This document shows, in pieces, positions 23,730 through 37,544 of a stretch of DNA of 64,000 nucleotides (positions are counted from its first letter, which is position 1; every line of letters starts with the position of its first letter). A program made the translations under genes and the position numbers. The notes below the pieces were generated by a model. It did not search any database, was not told the DNA's origin, and was given only the letters and a program-made list of their open reading frames with translations. Location: positions 48,174,001 through 48,238,000 of the forward strand of contig OX597817.1 of NCBI GenBank assembly GCA_951406725.2. The letters run 5' to 3'. This DNA is from Octopus vulgaris (taxonomy: Eukaryota).

Positions 23730-26700
23730 ATTATTTACCGTCTGCTTTCCCTGCTAGCATGGGTTGGACGATTTGACTGAGGACTGACGAACCAGATGGC
23801 TGCACCAGGCTCCAATCTTGATCTGGCAGAGTTTCTACAGCTGGATTCTCTTCCGAACGCCAACCACTCCGAGAGTGTAGTGGGTGCTTTTACATGCCAC
23901 CGGCACGAGGGCCAGCCACCTGCATACCGGCACAAGTGCCAGTAAGGTGACTCTGGTAACGATCACGCTCGAATGGTGCTTTTTATGGGCCACCGGCACG
24001 GACGCCAGTTATCCGCTCTGTCAACGATCCCGCTCGGATGGTGCTCTTAGCGCTCCACTAGCATGGATGCCAGTCATCAAATTTGATATCGATTTCACTT
24101 GCCTCAACAGGTCTTCGCAAGCAGAGTTTAGTGTCCAGTGAAGGAAAGGTATGCATAAGTGGGCTGGTTACGCCCCTGGTATAGGCCACAATGTTATGGT
24201 TTCATTTGGCTTGCCGGGTCTTCTCAAGCACAGCATATTTCCAAAGGTCCCGGTCACCAGTCATTGCCTCAGTGAGGCCCAATGTTCGAAGGTCATGCTT
24301 CACCACCTGATCCCAGGTCCTTCTGGGTCTAACCTTTCCACAGGTTCCCTCAACCGCTAGGGTGTGGCACTTTCTCACACAGCTATCCACATCCATTGTC
24401 GCCACATGGCCATACCAGCACAGTCGTCTCTCTTGCACACCACATCGAATGCTTCTTAGGTCCAACTTTTCTCTCAAGGTGCTTACACTCTGTCGAGTAT
24501 GCACACTGACATTACACATCCATCGGAGCATACTGGCTTCATTCTATGTGAGCTTACGCATGTCCTCAGCAGTCACGGCCCATGTTTCATTGCCATGTAG
24601 CATGGCTGTTCGCACACATGCGTCATACAGTCTACCTTTAACTCTGAGGGAGAGGCCCTTTGTTACCAGCAGAGGTAAAACTCTCTGAACTTTGCCCAGG
24701 CTATTCTTATTCTAGCAGCTACACTTTCAGCACACCCTCCCCCGCTACTGACATCGTCACCTAGGTAACGGAAGTCATCAACTACTTCTAGTTTTTCTCC
24801 CTGGAATGTGACGGAAGTTGTTCTCTGCAAATTCTCTGTGTTTATTGCTCCTGAGCATCTGCCACATACAAAAACTATCTTCCCAGTTAGCCTTCCTTTG
24901 ATACTGCTGCACTTCTTATGTGTCCATAGCTTACACTGGGTACATCTTTTCTACAGATCGAGCAGGGCCATCTACCTGAAGGGATTTGTGGTTTGCCTGC
25001 CTTCTTACTTATTAGGACTTTGCCTGCCTTCTTACTTATTAGGACTTTGGTTTTAGCTAGGTTGACTCTAAGGCCCTTCGATTCTAATCCTTGTTTGCAC
25101 AACTGAAACTTCTCCTCTAGTTCTGATAGTGACTCAGCAATTAGAGCAAGGTCGTCAGCATAGAGGATCTCCCAGGGACATCCTGTCTTGAATTCCTCTG
25201 TTATTGCCTGGAGGACTATGATAAATAGGAGAGGTCTAAGGACTGAACCTTGGTGGAGCCTTACCTCCACCCAGAATTCTTCACTGTACTCGTTGCCAAC
25301 CCTCACTTTACTGAAAGCGTCGCTATACATGGCTTGCACAGCTCTCACTAACCATTCATCTATTCCTAGTTTCCTCATTGATCACCAGATAAGGGATCGG
25401 AGGACCCTGTCAAAAGCTTTCTCCATGTCAACAAAAGCCAGGTACAGAGGTTTATCTTTGGCTAGGTATTTCTCCTGCAGCAGTCTCACCAGAAATATGG
25501 CATCAGTGGTGCTTTTCCCTGGCACGAACCCAAACTGCATCTCATCTAAACTGACTCTCTCCCTAATTAGTTGGGCTACGACCCTCTCAGTGACCTTCAT
25601 TACCTGATCAACAACTTGATACCTCTGTAATTATTTGTATCTAAAGTGTCACCTTTAACTTTGTAGCAGTTGACTATGGTGCTGTTACACCAGTCATTGG
25701 GTATGTACCACCTGGTTGACTATACGGGTGACTAGGCTATAGGTGACACTGTCAGATATTTTGAGCATCTCTGCGGTGATTCCTGATGGGCCGGGGGCTT
25801 TCCCTGTCTTCTTACCCTTAATAGCTTTATCTACCAAGGCACTGTCAATTCGGATAGTTCGTCCGTCTGTTACGTCGGCATTCGGTTGGCTCTCTTTCCC
25901 CCATTCATTCTCTTTATTTAGCAACCTTTCATAGTGGCATCTCCATACCTCTCTCTTTGTAGCCTCGTCTAGTGCAAGTGAACCATCATCAATGCGAATA
26001 CATTTCTCTCCTACAACATCACGATTCTCTCTCACACACTGTCTTGCAACACGAAATACCGCAAATCTTTGGTCCTCGCGGCGCAGAACATTGGCAATTT
26101 TTTTTATCTGCTTGCCCTCTGGCTAGATAAACCTGTCTCATAGCTGCTACCACCGTTCTTCCAGTATTTCCAGTCTTTCCAAGCCTGTTTCTTTTCTCTA
26201 ACAGCCCTGTCAACAACATTGTTCCACCGCCATATTATTTTGGGTCGAGAGAGAACTTTGCACCATCCACAGATCTGGTCAGTGGCCCCCAGCAGATTGC
26301 CCCGTAGAAACCTCCAGTTGGCTTCTACATTGTGTGAAGTTATATCCCCTGCTATTTTGTCAAAGGCTTCGAGTAATATGTCTCTAAATCTCTGTCTATT
26401 GGCAGGATCTTTAAGCTTCCAGACTCTTCTCCGCCATGCTGGTCGTCTTTTGGGTATTCACTTAGCCCTGATTCTGAACTCACTAACTACAAGCCTATGT
26501 TGTGGGCTACATTCTTCGCCTGAGAAGGTTTTGCCATTTATAAGCAGCCATATTTCCCTTTTCTGTTGAGGATGTAGTCAATTTGGCTAGTGTTTGCCAG
26601 AACAGTAGGTAACTAGGTGACAGACAGGTTTTCTGAAGTTAGTATTGCAAACCATAAAATCATTTGCATCGCAGAACTCCAGCAACCTGGTTCCCTCCTC

Positions 26701-27178
26701 ATAGCGGGAGCCAAAACCGTAGCCTCCATGTACGCCATGGAAGCCCCCGGCATGTTGTCCAACATGTCCATTGAATTCACCAGCCAAAAAGAGAAGGTCC
26801 CTGTCATTCGTCAACGCAGTAGTCTGCAAGAGGGTGTCACAAAATCGGTCCTTCTGTCCATCGGGTAGCCCTGGCTGAGGAGAATAGGCCGAGATAATGG
26901 TTGCTAACCCATGATGAAGCACTAATCTAATCTTAAGTATTCTGTCGCATACTCTGACTACCTCAATTACCTTATCTACCCATTTCTCCGCAAGAAGTAT
27001 ACACACGCCCCCGACCCGGTCAGTGTTCGCTGCCCAGAAAATCTTGTACCTGTGTTCTTTGCCTGTGAGGAAAATAGCAGAATCTCCTCTCCACCTTACT
27101 TCTTCGATGCAGCACATATCGACACATCTCCGTTCAAGCATCTCAATAAACCAGACCTAACTTTCAGTGTACCAACGT
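23730..27178 (-). mobile_element. RTE-clade LINE, nearly complete ORF but degenerate
   Basis: APE (IEEVRW, ISAYSPQ, GEFNGH, FCDAN), RT (GKAPGPSG, QFGFVPG, FVDMEKAFD, LHQGSVL, LYADD, FRYLG), C-terminus LRWMCNV..RLCWYGHV..RPRRTW. 3-prime UTR carries repeated GTGCCGGTGGCA..TAAAAGCACC. Confidence 0.93.
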
Positions 27179-27324
27179 GGTACTGAAATAGACAGAATAA
27201 TGAAAAGGAGCTAATAAGGAGTTTATAATCTGCACAAAAATAGAAGAATAGATGATGGGGTTGAAAATGACAGAACTTATCTGGGCATCTTCTGGGATTC
27301 ATATTTTCAGCCGAGATATTTGAA

Positions 27325-27368
<44 letters not shown>

Positions 27369-27389
27369 GTGTGTGTATGTGTGTGTGTG

Positions 27390-27436
<47 letters not shown>

Positions 27437-27507
27437 ACGTTTATATATGTATGTGTATGTATATATGCATGTATGTATATATGTATATATATATGTATGT
27501 ATATATG

Positions 27508-27550
<43 letters not shown>

Positions 27551-27944
27551 GTGTATGTATATATATATGTCTATGTGTATATATATATGTGTATGTATAT
27601 ATATGTGTATGTGTATATAAATATATATGCGTATGTATATATATGTGTATGTATATATATATATATATGTATGTATATATATATGTGTGTATGTATATAT
27701 ATATATGTGTATGTGTATATATATATGTGTATATATATGTGTATGTGTATATATATATGTGTATATATATGTGTATGTATATATATATATATGTATGTAT
27801 ATATGTGTGTGGATATATATATGTGTGTGTGTATATATATATATATATATGTGTGTATGTATATATTTGTGTGTATGTATGTACATGTGTATGTATATAT
27901 ATATGTGTATATATTTGTATGTATATATATATGTGTGTGGGTGG

Positions 27945-29343
27945 TTTTTACCAGCATGTCTCTTGAGTAGCCATAGAATCGAGAATGGGCCCCAACTATG
28001 CGTACCTATCTGTTGGCTACGTTGAGGCCCAAATACTCTCAAGATTCACCGGTCCCACTGCCGAACTATGCGGTCGTTATATTGACCACTGTATATTGGT
28101 GCGACCTTGCTCTCAAGCGAACTACTAGATTCTTTCCTCTCTTTTGTCAAAACCTTCCATCCTGTCCTCGAATTCTCCTGCAATATTTACAACCCTTTTA
28201 TCACCTTTCTGGACATTTTGTTCAGTATTCATCACTCCACTCTCACTACCTCCATCCACTACAAACACACCTACTCACACTCATATCTCAACTTCTCCCC
28301 TACTCCCAATTCCTCCGTCTGCGCAGGCTCTGCAGTGACCACCATGACTGTGAGACTCAGTCTCAACTCATGGTTCGCCAATTCATCCTTCGTGTATATC
28401 CCGTCACCACTATCCACTCCTCCCTTGCCAGAGTATGTCTCATGGACCATGCATCTGCTCTCTCTCTCCGCCCCTCCTCCCGTCTTCCGTTTCCCGTCAT
28501 CTACCAGCCTACCAACCTACCTATCCAACGCACCATTCTCCCAGCCTTCCGTCGACTCCAGTCCGACCCCTCCACTTCGCACTTCTGTTCCAACCTACCC
28601 CTCCGCCCCTTCAAACCAGGTCAAAACCTACATGACTTCCTGGTTCACAGTTTCTTTCCTAACCCTAACTCCCAACTCCGCTCCTTCCCCTGCTTCTGCC
28701 CACGCTGCCGCACTTGTCCCTACCTCTCCAACACCACCTTTCTCAAAGGCACTCATCATCGACACCATCATATCTCTGACTCCTTCACCTGCATTTCTAG
28801 CAACGCCATGTACTGTATCACCTGCTCTCTCTGTCCTTCTTTGTGCATCGGTCAAACAAGACACCTCCGAGACATCAGACTCAGCAACGACATCTCAGTC
28901 TTGCGCTATTTCCGCTCTACCGGTCACTCTTTGCAACACCTGTCCGTGTTCGGATTGTCCTTGCACAGGGGCCATCCGGAATCCCGTCTTCACCGTGAAC
29001 AAGAATGAATCTTCTCTCTTCGCTCCTTTGAGTCACATAGGTTCAACTCCCTTCCCACTTCCTCTAACTCCCCTCCCACTTCCTCTAACTCCCCTCCTCT
29101 CTTCCTCTCGCATCTACTTCTCTCACATCTACTTCCTCTCACATCTACTTCCTCTCACACCTACTTCCTCTCGAAACTACTTCCTCTCACCCCTACTTCA
29201 TCTCTTTACTCCCAACCACCTCTCATCTCTTGCTCTGACACCAACTTCCTCTCTTCACTCCTACCCACCTTCTCCCTTCACTATCTCCCTTCATCGTCAC
29301 CCATCCATCATTACCCCACCCCTACACATCCCAACTCCACCAT

Positions 29344-29388
<45 letters not shown>

Positions 29389-30045
29389 TATATACCATTT
29401 CATCCTCACACCTCCCTCACAACCCATTCCTACATACCATGCCCCTACACTCTCTCCACAAACCACACCATTACCCACCCCACACCCCACTCATGCCTCA
29501 CCTCACACTTGCATCTCCCACACCCCACTCATGCATCACCTCACACTTGCATCCCCCACACCCCAACATCATCACACCACCACCACATCATCCCACACCA
29601 TCACACCACAACACACAACACGCCACCACACCACATCACACCACCCCGCACACACTAGCACTGACCACTTCCCAGCAATCACACCATCATCCACACACTT
29701 ACACATGCACACACCCACACGTCAAGGTCACCATCCCCTATCCAGACGCACAAACGATCTCATAAACACACGCGCACATTTGTTTTGGGATCACCACTAC
29801 TTTATTATCTCCCCTTCTTCCTAGCTCTCCTGTCTGACCACCTCTGTCCGGCCATCGCCATGATTGACCAATAGTTACTAAAGCTTTCTTTTTTTATTTT
29901 CTCTCTGTTTATTTTCTTGTGTTTCTTTCTGTTGAAGAGCGTAGGCTAGAAACGTAAAATACTTTCCCACCTTCCCGAGCGTTAAGCTAATACACCTGTT
30001 TGTTGTTTACACATTCGTCTTCGTCTCTTTGTAAATACTCACTAT
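27945..30045 (+). mobile_element. Penelope-like element (Neptune-like) 3-prime part with GIY-YIG remnant and pLTR
   Basis: FITFLDI..TSIHYK, LPYSQFLRLRRLCSD, linker PCFCPRCRTC, FTCISSNAMYCITCSLCPSLCIGQT, HREQ. The terminal segment 29830-30045 recurs inverted at about 36466-36615 and 43172-43430. Confidence 0.85.
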
Positions 30046-31119
30046 ATATTTAACTGGAATATATTCAGTGCTGAATTTTATTCTGAATAAATACGTGTAC
30101 CGAGATGCAATTCGAAAAACCGCCTATTACATAGATATATAAGTGTGAACAATTCTATGTACTATGCTGGATACATTTGGTGTTTATCTGGTATGTTGAT
30201 TTTTTGTTCATTTTTATGTGTCTTGATTATGCTTGCACTGACGATTAAAAAGTGCATTTTGTGCACTAATTATGAAATCATATGAGCTGCAGCTGAATCT
30301 GTTTTTAAAAGGCTCGCTTCGAGAGTTGCATTCCCCCGCGTTCGGTACAATGTCTTTATTATGGTAGTTTTGACCTTAAGAGTCACTCCTAGCGTGAGGC
30401 ATTTATGTATAGTAATGCCCTTAATATATATAAATATATTTAAAAGGAATAATTAATAGATTTTTCCCTTATGAAGTTTTTCATGCTAACTACTTGATAA
30501 ATTCTTATAAAGATTTTATCCTATTTTTAAATTGTAAATTTAACCGGAATATATTCCTTGCTGAATTTTATCCTGAATAAACACGTGTACCGAGATGCAA
30601 TTCGAAAAGCCCACCTTTTACATAGATACATAAGTGTGAACAATTCTACGTAACTAAACTGGTCCTTCGGGAATGAGTCAATCACCCTGAACATATCGAC
30701 TTCCAATACGACCTCCGTAGTCACCTGCAGAGGCCAATCCGGGTCATCAGTCCAGGTCATGGGCTCCTCCCTCCGGCCCTCTAGCTTTCTTAAGAAGCTC
30801 TGTATTGCCCCTCCCTTATGGAAGAAGATAACAAAATCATTTCTCTTCGCTCTGGGAGGGGGCCACAGTTTCCTCTGTCGGTGGCACACTTCCCACCGAC
30901 AAACTTTCAGGGCATGCTGGCAGTGTACTATCAACCGCCGGCAATGTCCCGTTCCTTTTCTCCCCTTTGCTACGGGAGGATGTGGTACTTCCGCTTTATC
31001 CGGAGAATCTTCCTCCCCTCCAGCAGCTTTAGGGTCGTTCGGTGGGCACCATTGTTGGGTCAGTGTACCCTGTAAATTTTACTTTCAGTTTTGGTCGCTG
31101 GTAGCTCAGGGCTTGTAAT

Positions 31120-32260
31120 CATCCAGCATTAAACTGCATATTATTGTCCTCATCCCATCTGTAAATTGTGTGTAACTCCTGTTACAGACGTGCAACATCG
31201 CAAGGTTTTTGTACTTTCTGTGAGACTATCCGGGCTGCTAAGGGCATATCTAAGAGAGCCACTATGAAAAGCAGTGGTCCCAAGACAGTGTACTGTGGAA
31301 CACCACTCACTACATGTGTTTTATTTGAGGTGAGTCCATTGGCCACTACTGCCTTGCTTCTGCCTTTCAGAAAGTTATGTAACCACTCTCCAAGTTTTCC
31401 AGCTATGCAAAAATCACGCAGTTTTTGGCATATCATACCATGACTCTTTATCAAAAGCTTTTGTAAAGTCAGGGTATATTACGTCTTCATTTGAGTTGCT
31501 GATTAACCTCCTCAACACCCAGTCATAGTGCTGTTGGAGCTAAGTCAGGTAGCTCCAAACTGGTCAAATTCCATGCTGGATATCACTAAACTAGTCTTTT
31601 TCTTCAAGGAATGCAATGAGTTTCCCTCTGACTATCCGTTCCATGACTTTTCTGATGTGCGAAGTCAGAGAGATAGGCCTATTAATATTGGCATTTGCTC
31701 TGTATCCTTTATGGATTGGGCATATTCCCTCCTTCAATTTGCCTGGCAGCCTGCCATTTGCAAGAAAACTCTGTAAGAGAATCTGTAGTGGTTTCACCAG
31801 GGCAAGCTTACACGATTTAAGGAGGATTGCGGAAAACCATCAAGGCCCGCAGTTGAGTTTGCCTCCATCTCATCTATGGCTAGTATTATGTTTTCTTCGC
31901 CAATGATATAATCCATCACAACTGCCTCGCTGGTGAAGCGGCAAAGAAATCCACTGGTTTGTTCACTCGTCTGTGTTCCAACGGGGTGGTAAAGGCACTT
32001 TTGAACTGGTCATTCAGTACCTCACTGATTCTGGTTGGGTTATCTGTGAGGGAGCCATCCATTTGGAAGAGGGGTCCTATTTTGCAGCGAAATGAGGCTG
32101 CTTCTTTGGCATAATGAAAGAAGGCTTTGGGTTTGAGTTGATATTTTTTTAAAACCCAGGCTTCTTTGTATGCTCTCTCTTTAACATATCATTGTTGCAG
32201 GCTTTTTTCAATCTTCATCAGTGATACTTTTAGGCGGGACCTTTCACTACTTTTGGCATT
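31120..32260 (-). mobile_element. CR1-like RT fragment, degenerate
   Basis: NRPISLTSHIRKVMERIV, YPDFTKAFDK, WLHNFLKGR..SGVPQYTVLGPLLF. Confidence 0.85.
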
Positions 32261-32529
32261 TTAGTTGGTAAAGTGGGAAGGTGGTATTGGATCAGTGTGT
32301 GTGTGTTTTAATTTTTATTGGTTGAAGCGACGTCTCATGCGGCGTCTCATGAGGAACTTCGTGCGGCGTCTCATGAGGAACTTCCTCTCCCTTGGATTCT
32401 TGTTCATTTTTGTTTATCCACCCATCCATCCATCCATCCATCCATCCATCCATCCATCCATCCATCCATCCATCCATCCATCCATCAATCCATCCATCCG
32501 TCCGTCCATCTGTCTGTCTGTCTGCAGCG

Positions 32530-33400
32530 GCGTGGTTGCTGTTTGACACCCCAGAGGAGACTCGCAGTTTTGCGAGCCAGCCCGTTCAGAGTAAAGAAAT
32601 TTTGTTTCTTTCCACTTATTGTAAGAAAAAATTGACGAGGGACTGGGTCTGTGGTTTGCAACCCGTAATTGAACCCCAATGGATAGAGAATAATATCCGT
32701 CGGGGTCTGGGTGGCAGCGGAGCCAGGCTCCTCAATGGGAAAATTCTTCCTACGGCTGATTTGGTTGGGTCAAAAGCTGTTTTGACCCTGTAGACCCAAT
32801 CAGCCACGAATCTGGTTATGCCAGATTTATTGAAAATGGCCGGGTGCAGGTACCCGGTGATTCTTGATGGTCGCCCCACCCCCACCCAGGTGTCATCGGT
32901 GCCTGAAGCCTGGCCATATAAAGAAGAACTGTCTTCGGGAGTAAGGCGGAGTCCTGGAGCAGTCAATTGATACCTCTGTAAAAGAGGAAACGAAGGCGGC
33001 TAAGGAGACGGAGGACTCCTCAGGGAAGGGCCGCAAGAGGAAGAAGGTGAGCAACAATGGGTGCTCACCGAAGGATCCTGGGGATGAGGGAGGGGAGGTG
33101 AATCTCCCGGTGACGGAGGAGACGCACCATCCCTCAGTTGAGAGGAAAAAGAGGAAGATGAAGAGAACCGGGACATTGCCGGCAGTCGGTGACATAGCAC
33201 CAGAATATCCTGGAACCTTGCCGGTAGGAGTTGTGCCACCGGCAAAGGAAGAGACACAGTTGCGAGGAACTGTGCCGCCAACGGTAGAATTGACTACCTC
33301 GAACCGCTTGTACTTGCGACAATTTCCTTTCAGCTATTAGCCAATATTCATAGGTAACGATAAGCAGGAAAACCGAATTGGTGACAGCGAGTTCTTTGGG
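32530..33400 (+). mobile_element. Divergent Tx1/L1-like ORF1 fragment
   Basis: [39 protein letters not shown] and MPDLLKMAGCRYPVILDGR align with VVFQIEELAKQFSTLTLHSDELTMTPSYLGQKVTK..LWI and IPTHVHLADGRKLYIVVEGR of ORF1 at 8546-9373. Confidence 0.55.
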
Positions 33401-34338
33401 TTTTTTTTTGCCAACCTCAGCTATTCTGAGGAACGAATGCTGGAGTTGGTGCATTTCTGTGCCAACTCCTGCAATCCTAGCATCCGATTCAACATGCTGC
33501 TTCCATCACTTGAGAATATATCCAAAGGTGACGAGTAACCTCACAGAAACTGAAATAGTAGAGGCGATTAAAGTGGTCAGATGTTGTAAGGCCGCTGGAG
33601 AGAAAGAAGATTTAAATAGAGAAGGCATTCTCTGGTTGACTTGTGTATATCACTGGCAAAATAAACAGCAAAGCAATGGCAATAGTGAGTGATAATTGCT
33701 AATATTAAAAAGAGAGAGATAATAAGTCTCTTTGCCATAAAGTTTCTATACAAGTGTTCAGATGTTTATACTCAAATTAATGGTGCTAAGTAGATACTTT
33801 TGAACGGAGGTGTTGCGATTAGAAAGGGCTGTGTATTGGCACCTCTCCTTTTCATAAATTTTAAGAAATACATTGATATGCACAGTCGTGGTGGAATTGG
33901 TACCAAAATCTTGGCGTGTAGGAGCCGTCGGCGGTTTTTTGTATTCGACATGGTGCTATAAGGCTCATCAGAATGTGAACTGCACCATGTATAACATGGG
34001 TTCGAGTACTACAAGGCTTTTAGCTCATGCAAATGAAAAAAAAAAACGAATTATTTATAGGCTGACTCAATACATGTATTTACATATACACACACTTACG
34101 GATCTCTATCTCGTGTATGCATATCTATCTATATCTTATGTATATATACTCTTTTACTTGTTTCAGTCATTTGACTGTAGCCATGCTGGATCACCGCCTT
34201 TAGTTGAGCAAATCGACCTCAGAACTTATTCTTGGTAAGCCTAGTACTTATTCTATCGGTCTCTTTTGCCGAACCGCTAAGTTACGGGAACGTAAACACA
34301 CCAACATCGGTTGTCAGGCGATGTTGGGGGAACAAACA

Positions 34339-34398
<60 letters not shown>

Positions 34399-35104
34399 CA
34401 TATATACGACAGGCTTCTTTCAGTTTTCATCTACCAAATCCACTCACAAGGCTTTGGTCGGCCCGAGGCTATAGTAGAAGACACTTGCCCAAGGTGTCAT
34501 GCAGTGGGAATGAACCCAGAACCATGTGGTTGGTAAACAAGCTACTTACCACACAGCCATTCCATATATATATATATATATAGTGAGAGAGAGAGAGGGA
34601 GAGGGAGGGAGTAAGAAAGAGAGAGAGAGTAGAGGAAGGGGGAGAAGAAGAGAAAGAGAGGGAGAAAGAAACACACACACACGATATCGACGAAGAGTGA
34701 TTTATTTAATCATACTGATACTTTAATTATTTGTGGATCTAGACTGCCAGAATTGGTTAATTGGTTTCATTCGAACCATCGAAATTATGAAGCCTTCAAG
34801 TATATTTATAATCCTTCTTACTTAGAAATAGATGACGTTAGACTTACAAGACTCTACGACTGCTAACATTGGCAACTGGAATACAGTGAAAGACGGATAT
34901 ACAAAGTTTAAGGGAGGTAACTCACATACGTACTTATTTCATTATTATTTCCCTTGAGTAGTTTTCACTCGTATTATTAAGCATGCAGCAACCGATGAGC
35001 GCTAGCGAGCATTGTATTGATATCGAGAATCTCTTAATTCTGACTGTAAGTTTTCCATACCAGTTTCGTTTCACCCCTCCCACAACTCTTTCTCTCTCTT
35101 CCTG

Positions 35105-35215
<111 letters not shown>

Positions 35216-35238
35216 TAACTACTTATATATATACATTA

Positions 35239-35271
<33 letters not shown>

Positions 35272-35575
35272 CACCGTGATCACCGTGACCGACCAGGATA
35301 TCAGATGTTGCTACACATCACTGGTCACAATGCACTTCGTATTGTTTTAGCCTTCAAATGATGCCACCCCACTGGCTAAGCGAGCAGGCCAACAGAAGAA
35401 AGAGAGAGAAAGTTGTGGCGAAAGACTACAGCAGGGATCTCCACCACTCTCTGCCGGAGGCTCGTGGAGCTTTAGGTGTTTTCGCTCAATAAACACTCAC
35501 AACGCCCAGTCTGGGAATCGAAACCGCAATCCTACGACCGTGAGTCCGCTGCTCTAACCACTGAGCCATTGCGTC

Positions 35576-35580
<5 letters not shown>
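35272..35580 (-). mobile_element. tRNA-derived SINE (octopus OR-type, inference); partial tail copy at 36333-36452
   Basis: Minus strand GACGCAATGGCTCAGTGGTTAGAGCAGCGGACTCACGGTCGTAGGATTGCGGTTTCGATTCCCAGACTGGGCG has A/B boxes and is followed by a non-tRNA body. Confidence 0.8.
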
Positions 35581-35627
<47 letters not shown>

Positions 35628-35663
35628 AGAAGGTTTGAAAACGCAATTTTAAAAGATGTTTAT

Positions 35664-35709
35664 TTACTTGACCGTTTTCACTTTTTTAGAAAAAGATTGT
35701 CAAAAGTAA
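35664..35709 (-). ncRNA. Hammerhead-like motif with U3-A8 core variant, partly decayed
   Basis: ttactt TTGACAA t cttttt cta aaaaag t GAAA acgg TC aagtaa. Confidence 0.45.
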
Positions 35710-36148
35710 CATGTAATAGCTTTGTTGTGTTAGGTACTGGTTGTCATAAAATATTACAATATATATATATACATTCTTTGATAATAAGAAGAACATGTTA
35801 AAAACAGTTTACAGAGAAAAATCTTGGGAAAATACAAAAAAGTTCATTAAAATATTGAGCACAAAAAGTTGCAATACTTATATACATTCTCTGATAATAA
35901 TATGTTAAAAACAGTTTAGAGAAAAAAATTTATTGAGAAATTATTTATATATATATATATATATATACCGGAGTAAGCACATAAATGTGAAACAAGATGG
36001 GAAAAAGGAGTGCTCAAATACCAGAGGTAGAGTAATATGCTTTATTTAAAAGCAGCAGAAATATTACAAAAGCTTTTACGCATGTCCGAACGGGAACGTG
36101 AAACTCCGAGTAACAGCTTCTGTTATATTTCTGCTGCTTTTGAATAAA

Positions 36149-36219
<71 letters not shown>

Positions 36220-36230
36220 CATATACATAT

Positions 36231-36277
<47 letters not shown>

Positions 36278-36286
36278 ATATATATG

Positions 36287-36336
<50 letters not shown>

Positions 36337-36558
36337 CGTAATCACCGTGACCGACCAGGCTATCAGATGTTGCTACACATCGCTGGTCACAATACGCTTC
36401 GCATTGTTTTAACCTTCAAATGATGCCACCCCGCTGGCTAAGTGAGCAGGCCATATATATAACGGGAAACTTTATGAAAATAAACAAAAGACGAAGGCAG
36501 GTGGAATATAAACAAACAATTGTATTAGTATGGCGCTCAGGAATATAAATAAAACAAG

Positions 36559-36596
36559 TCTTTTACGTTTCGAGCCTACGCTCTTCAACAGAAAGA
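36559..36596 (-). ncRNA. Minimal hammerhead-like motif in Penelope pLTR (copies at 43262-43299(-) and 29924-29961(+))
   Basis: tcttt CTGTTGA a gagc gtag gctc GAAA cg TA aaaga. Confidence 0.6.
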
Positions 36597-36611
36597 TACA
36601 CAGAAAAGAAA

Positions 36612-36701
<90 letters not shown>

Positions 36702-36770
36702 GTATATATATATATGTATATATATATATACATATACATACATACATACATACATACATACATACATACA

Positions 36771-36806
<36 letters not shown>

Positions 36807-36811
36807 TATAT

Positions 36812-37129
36812 AAAGGTAATAATTTTTACAACTATAAATAGGGGTATCTGAGAGACACCACCATGCCGAAATAGCAGTCAAAACCCTGACTCTAACAACC
36901 ACCTTAAATGTTCATATCGCACCATGAGATAAGACAGAGAGACGAAATAAACTAGCAAAAAGAATTATCCAGTAAAATCTTTTTGCTAGTTTATTTTGTC
37001 TTTCTGTCTTATCTCATGGTGCGATATGAACATTTAAAGTGGTTGTTAGAGTCAGGGTTTTGACTGCTATTTCGGCATGGTGGTGTCTCTCAGATACCCT
37101 TATTTATAGTTGTAAAAATTATTACCTTT
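36812..37129. repeat. Long palindrome with about 150-bp arms and about 15-nt loop
   Basis: AAAGGTAATAATTTTTACAACTATAAATA..ACTAGCAAAAAGA and its reverse complement. The right arm is homologous to 38218-38420, just downstream of a hammerhead. Confidence 0.92.
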
Positions 37130-37176
37130 GTATGGTATTTATTCCCATGCTGGCCTCTTGATAATATCGATATTAT

Positions 37177-37265
<89 letters not shown>

Positions 37266-37383
37266 ATATAGGGTAAAAAATTATTAATTTATAATTAATA
37301 AATTTCACCTAGTAGTTTTTCAGTATGGAAAAGAACCATATTCGGTAAAAACTTATACAAGAAGTTTTATATATAATTATAAC

Positions 37384-37479
37384 AATAATTAAGGGTTTAG
37401 CAACGAGTTGCTTAACCACATACTGAAAACAATTTTTCGGTATGTAGTTAAGCAACTCGTTGCTAAACCCTTAATTATT
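37384..37479. repeat. Palindrome with about 46-bp arms
   Basis: AATAATTAAGGGTTTAGCAACGAGTTGCTTAAC.ACATAC.GAAAA / TTTTCGGTATGTAGTTAAGCAACTCGTTGCTAAACCCTTAATTATT. Confidence 0.9.
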
Positions 37480-37485
37480 ATTATA

Positions 37486-37544
<59 letters not shown>

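Noticed and set aside
28107-29765. 552-aa ORF as a host gene
   Set aside because: It consists of Penelope RT remnant, off-frame sequence and a C-rich low-complexity tail.
30660-31120. GC-rich minus-strand fragment, possibly Tx1/L1 ORF2
   Set aside because: The resemblance is too weak to call without a search.
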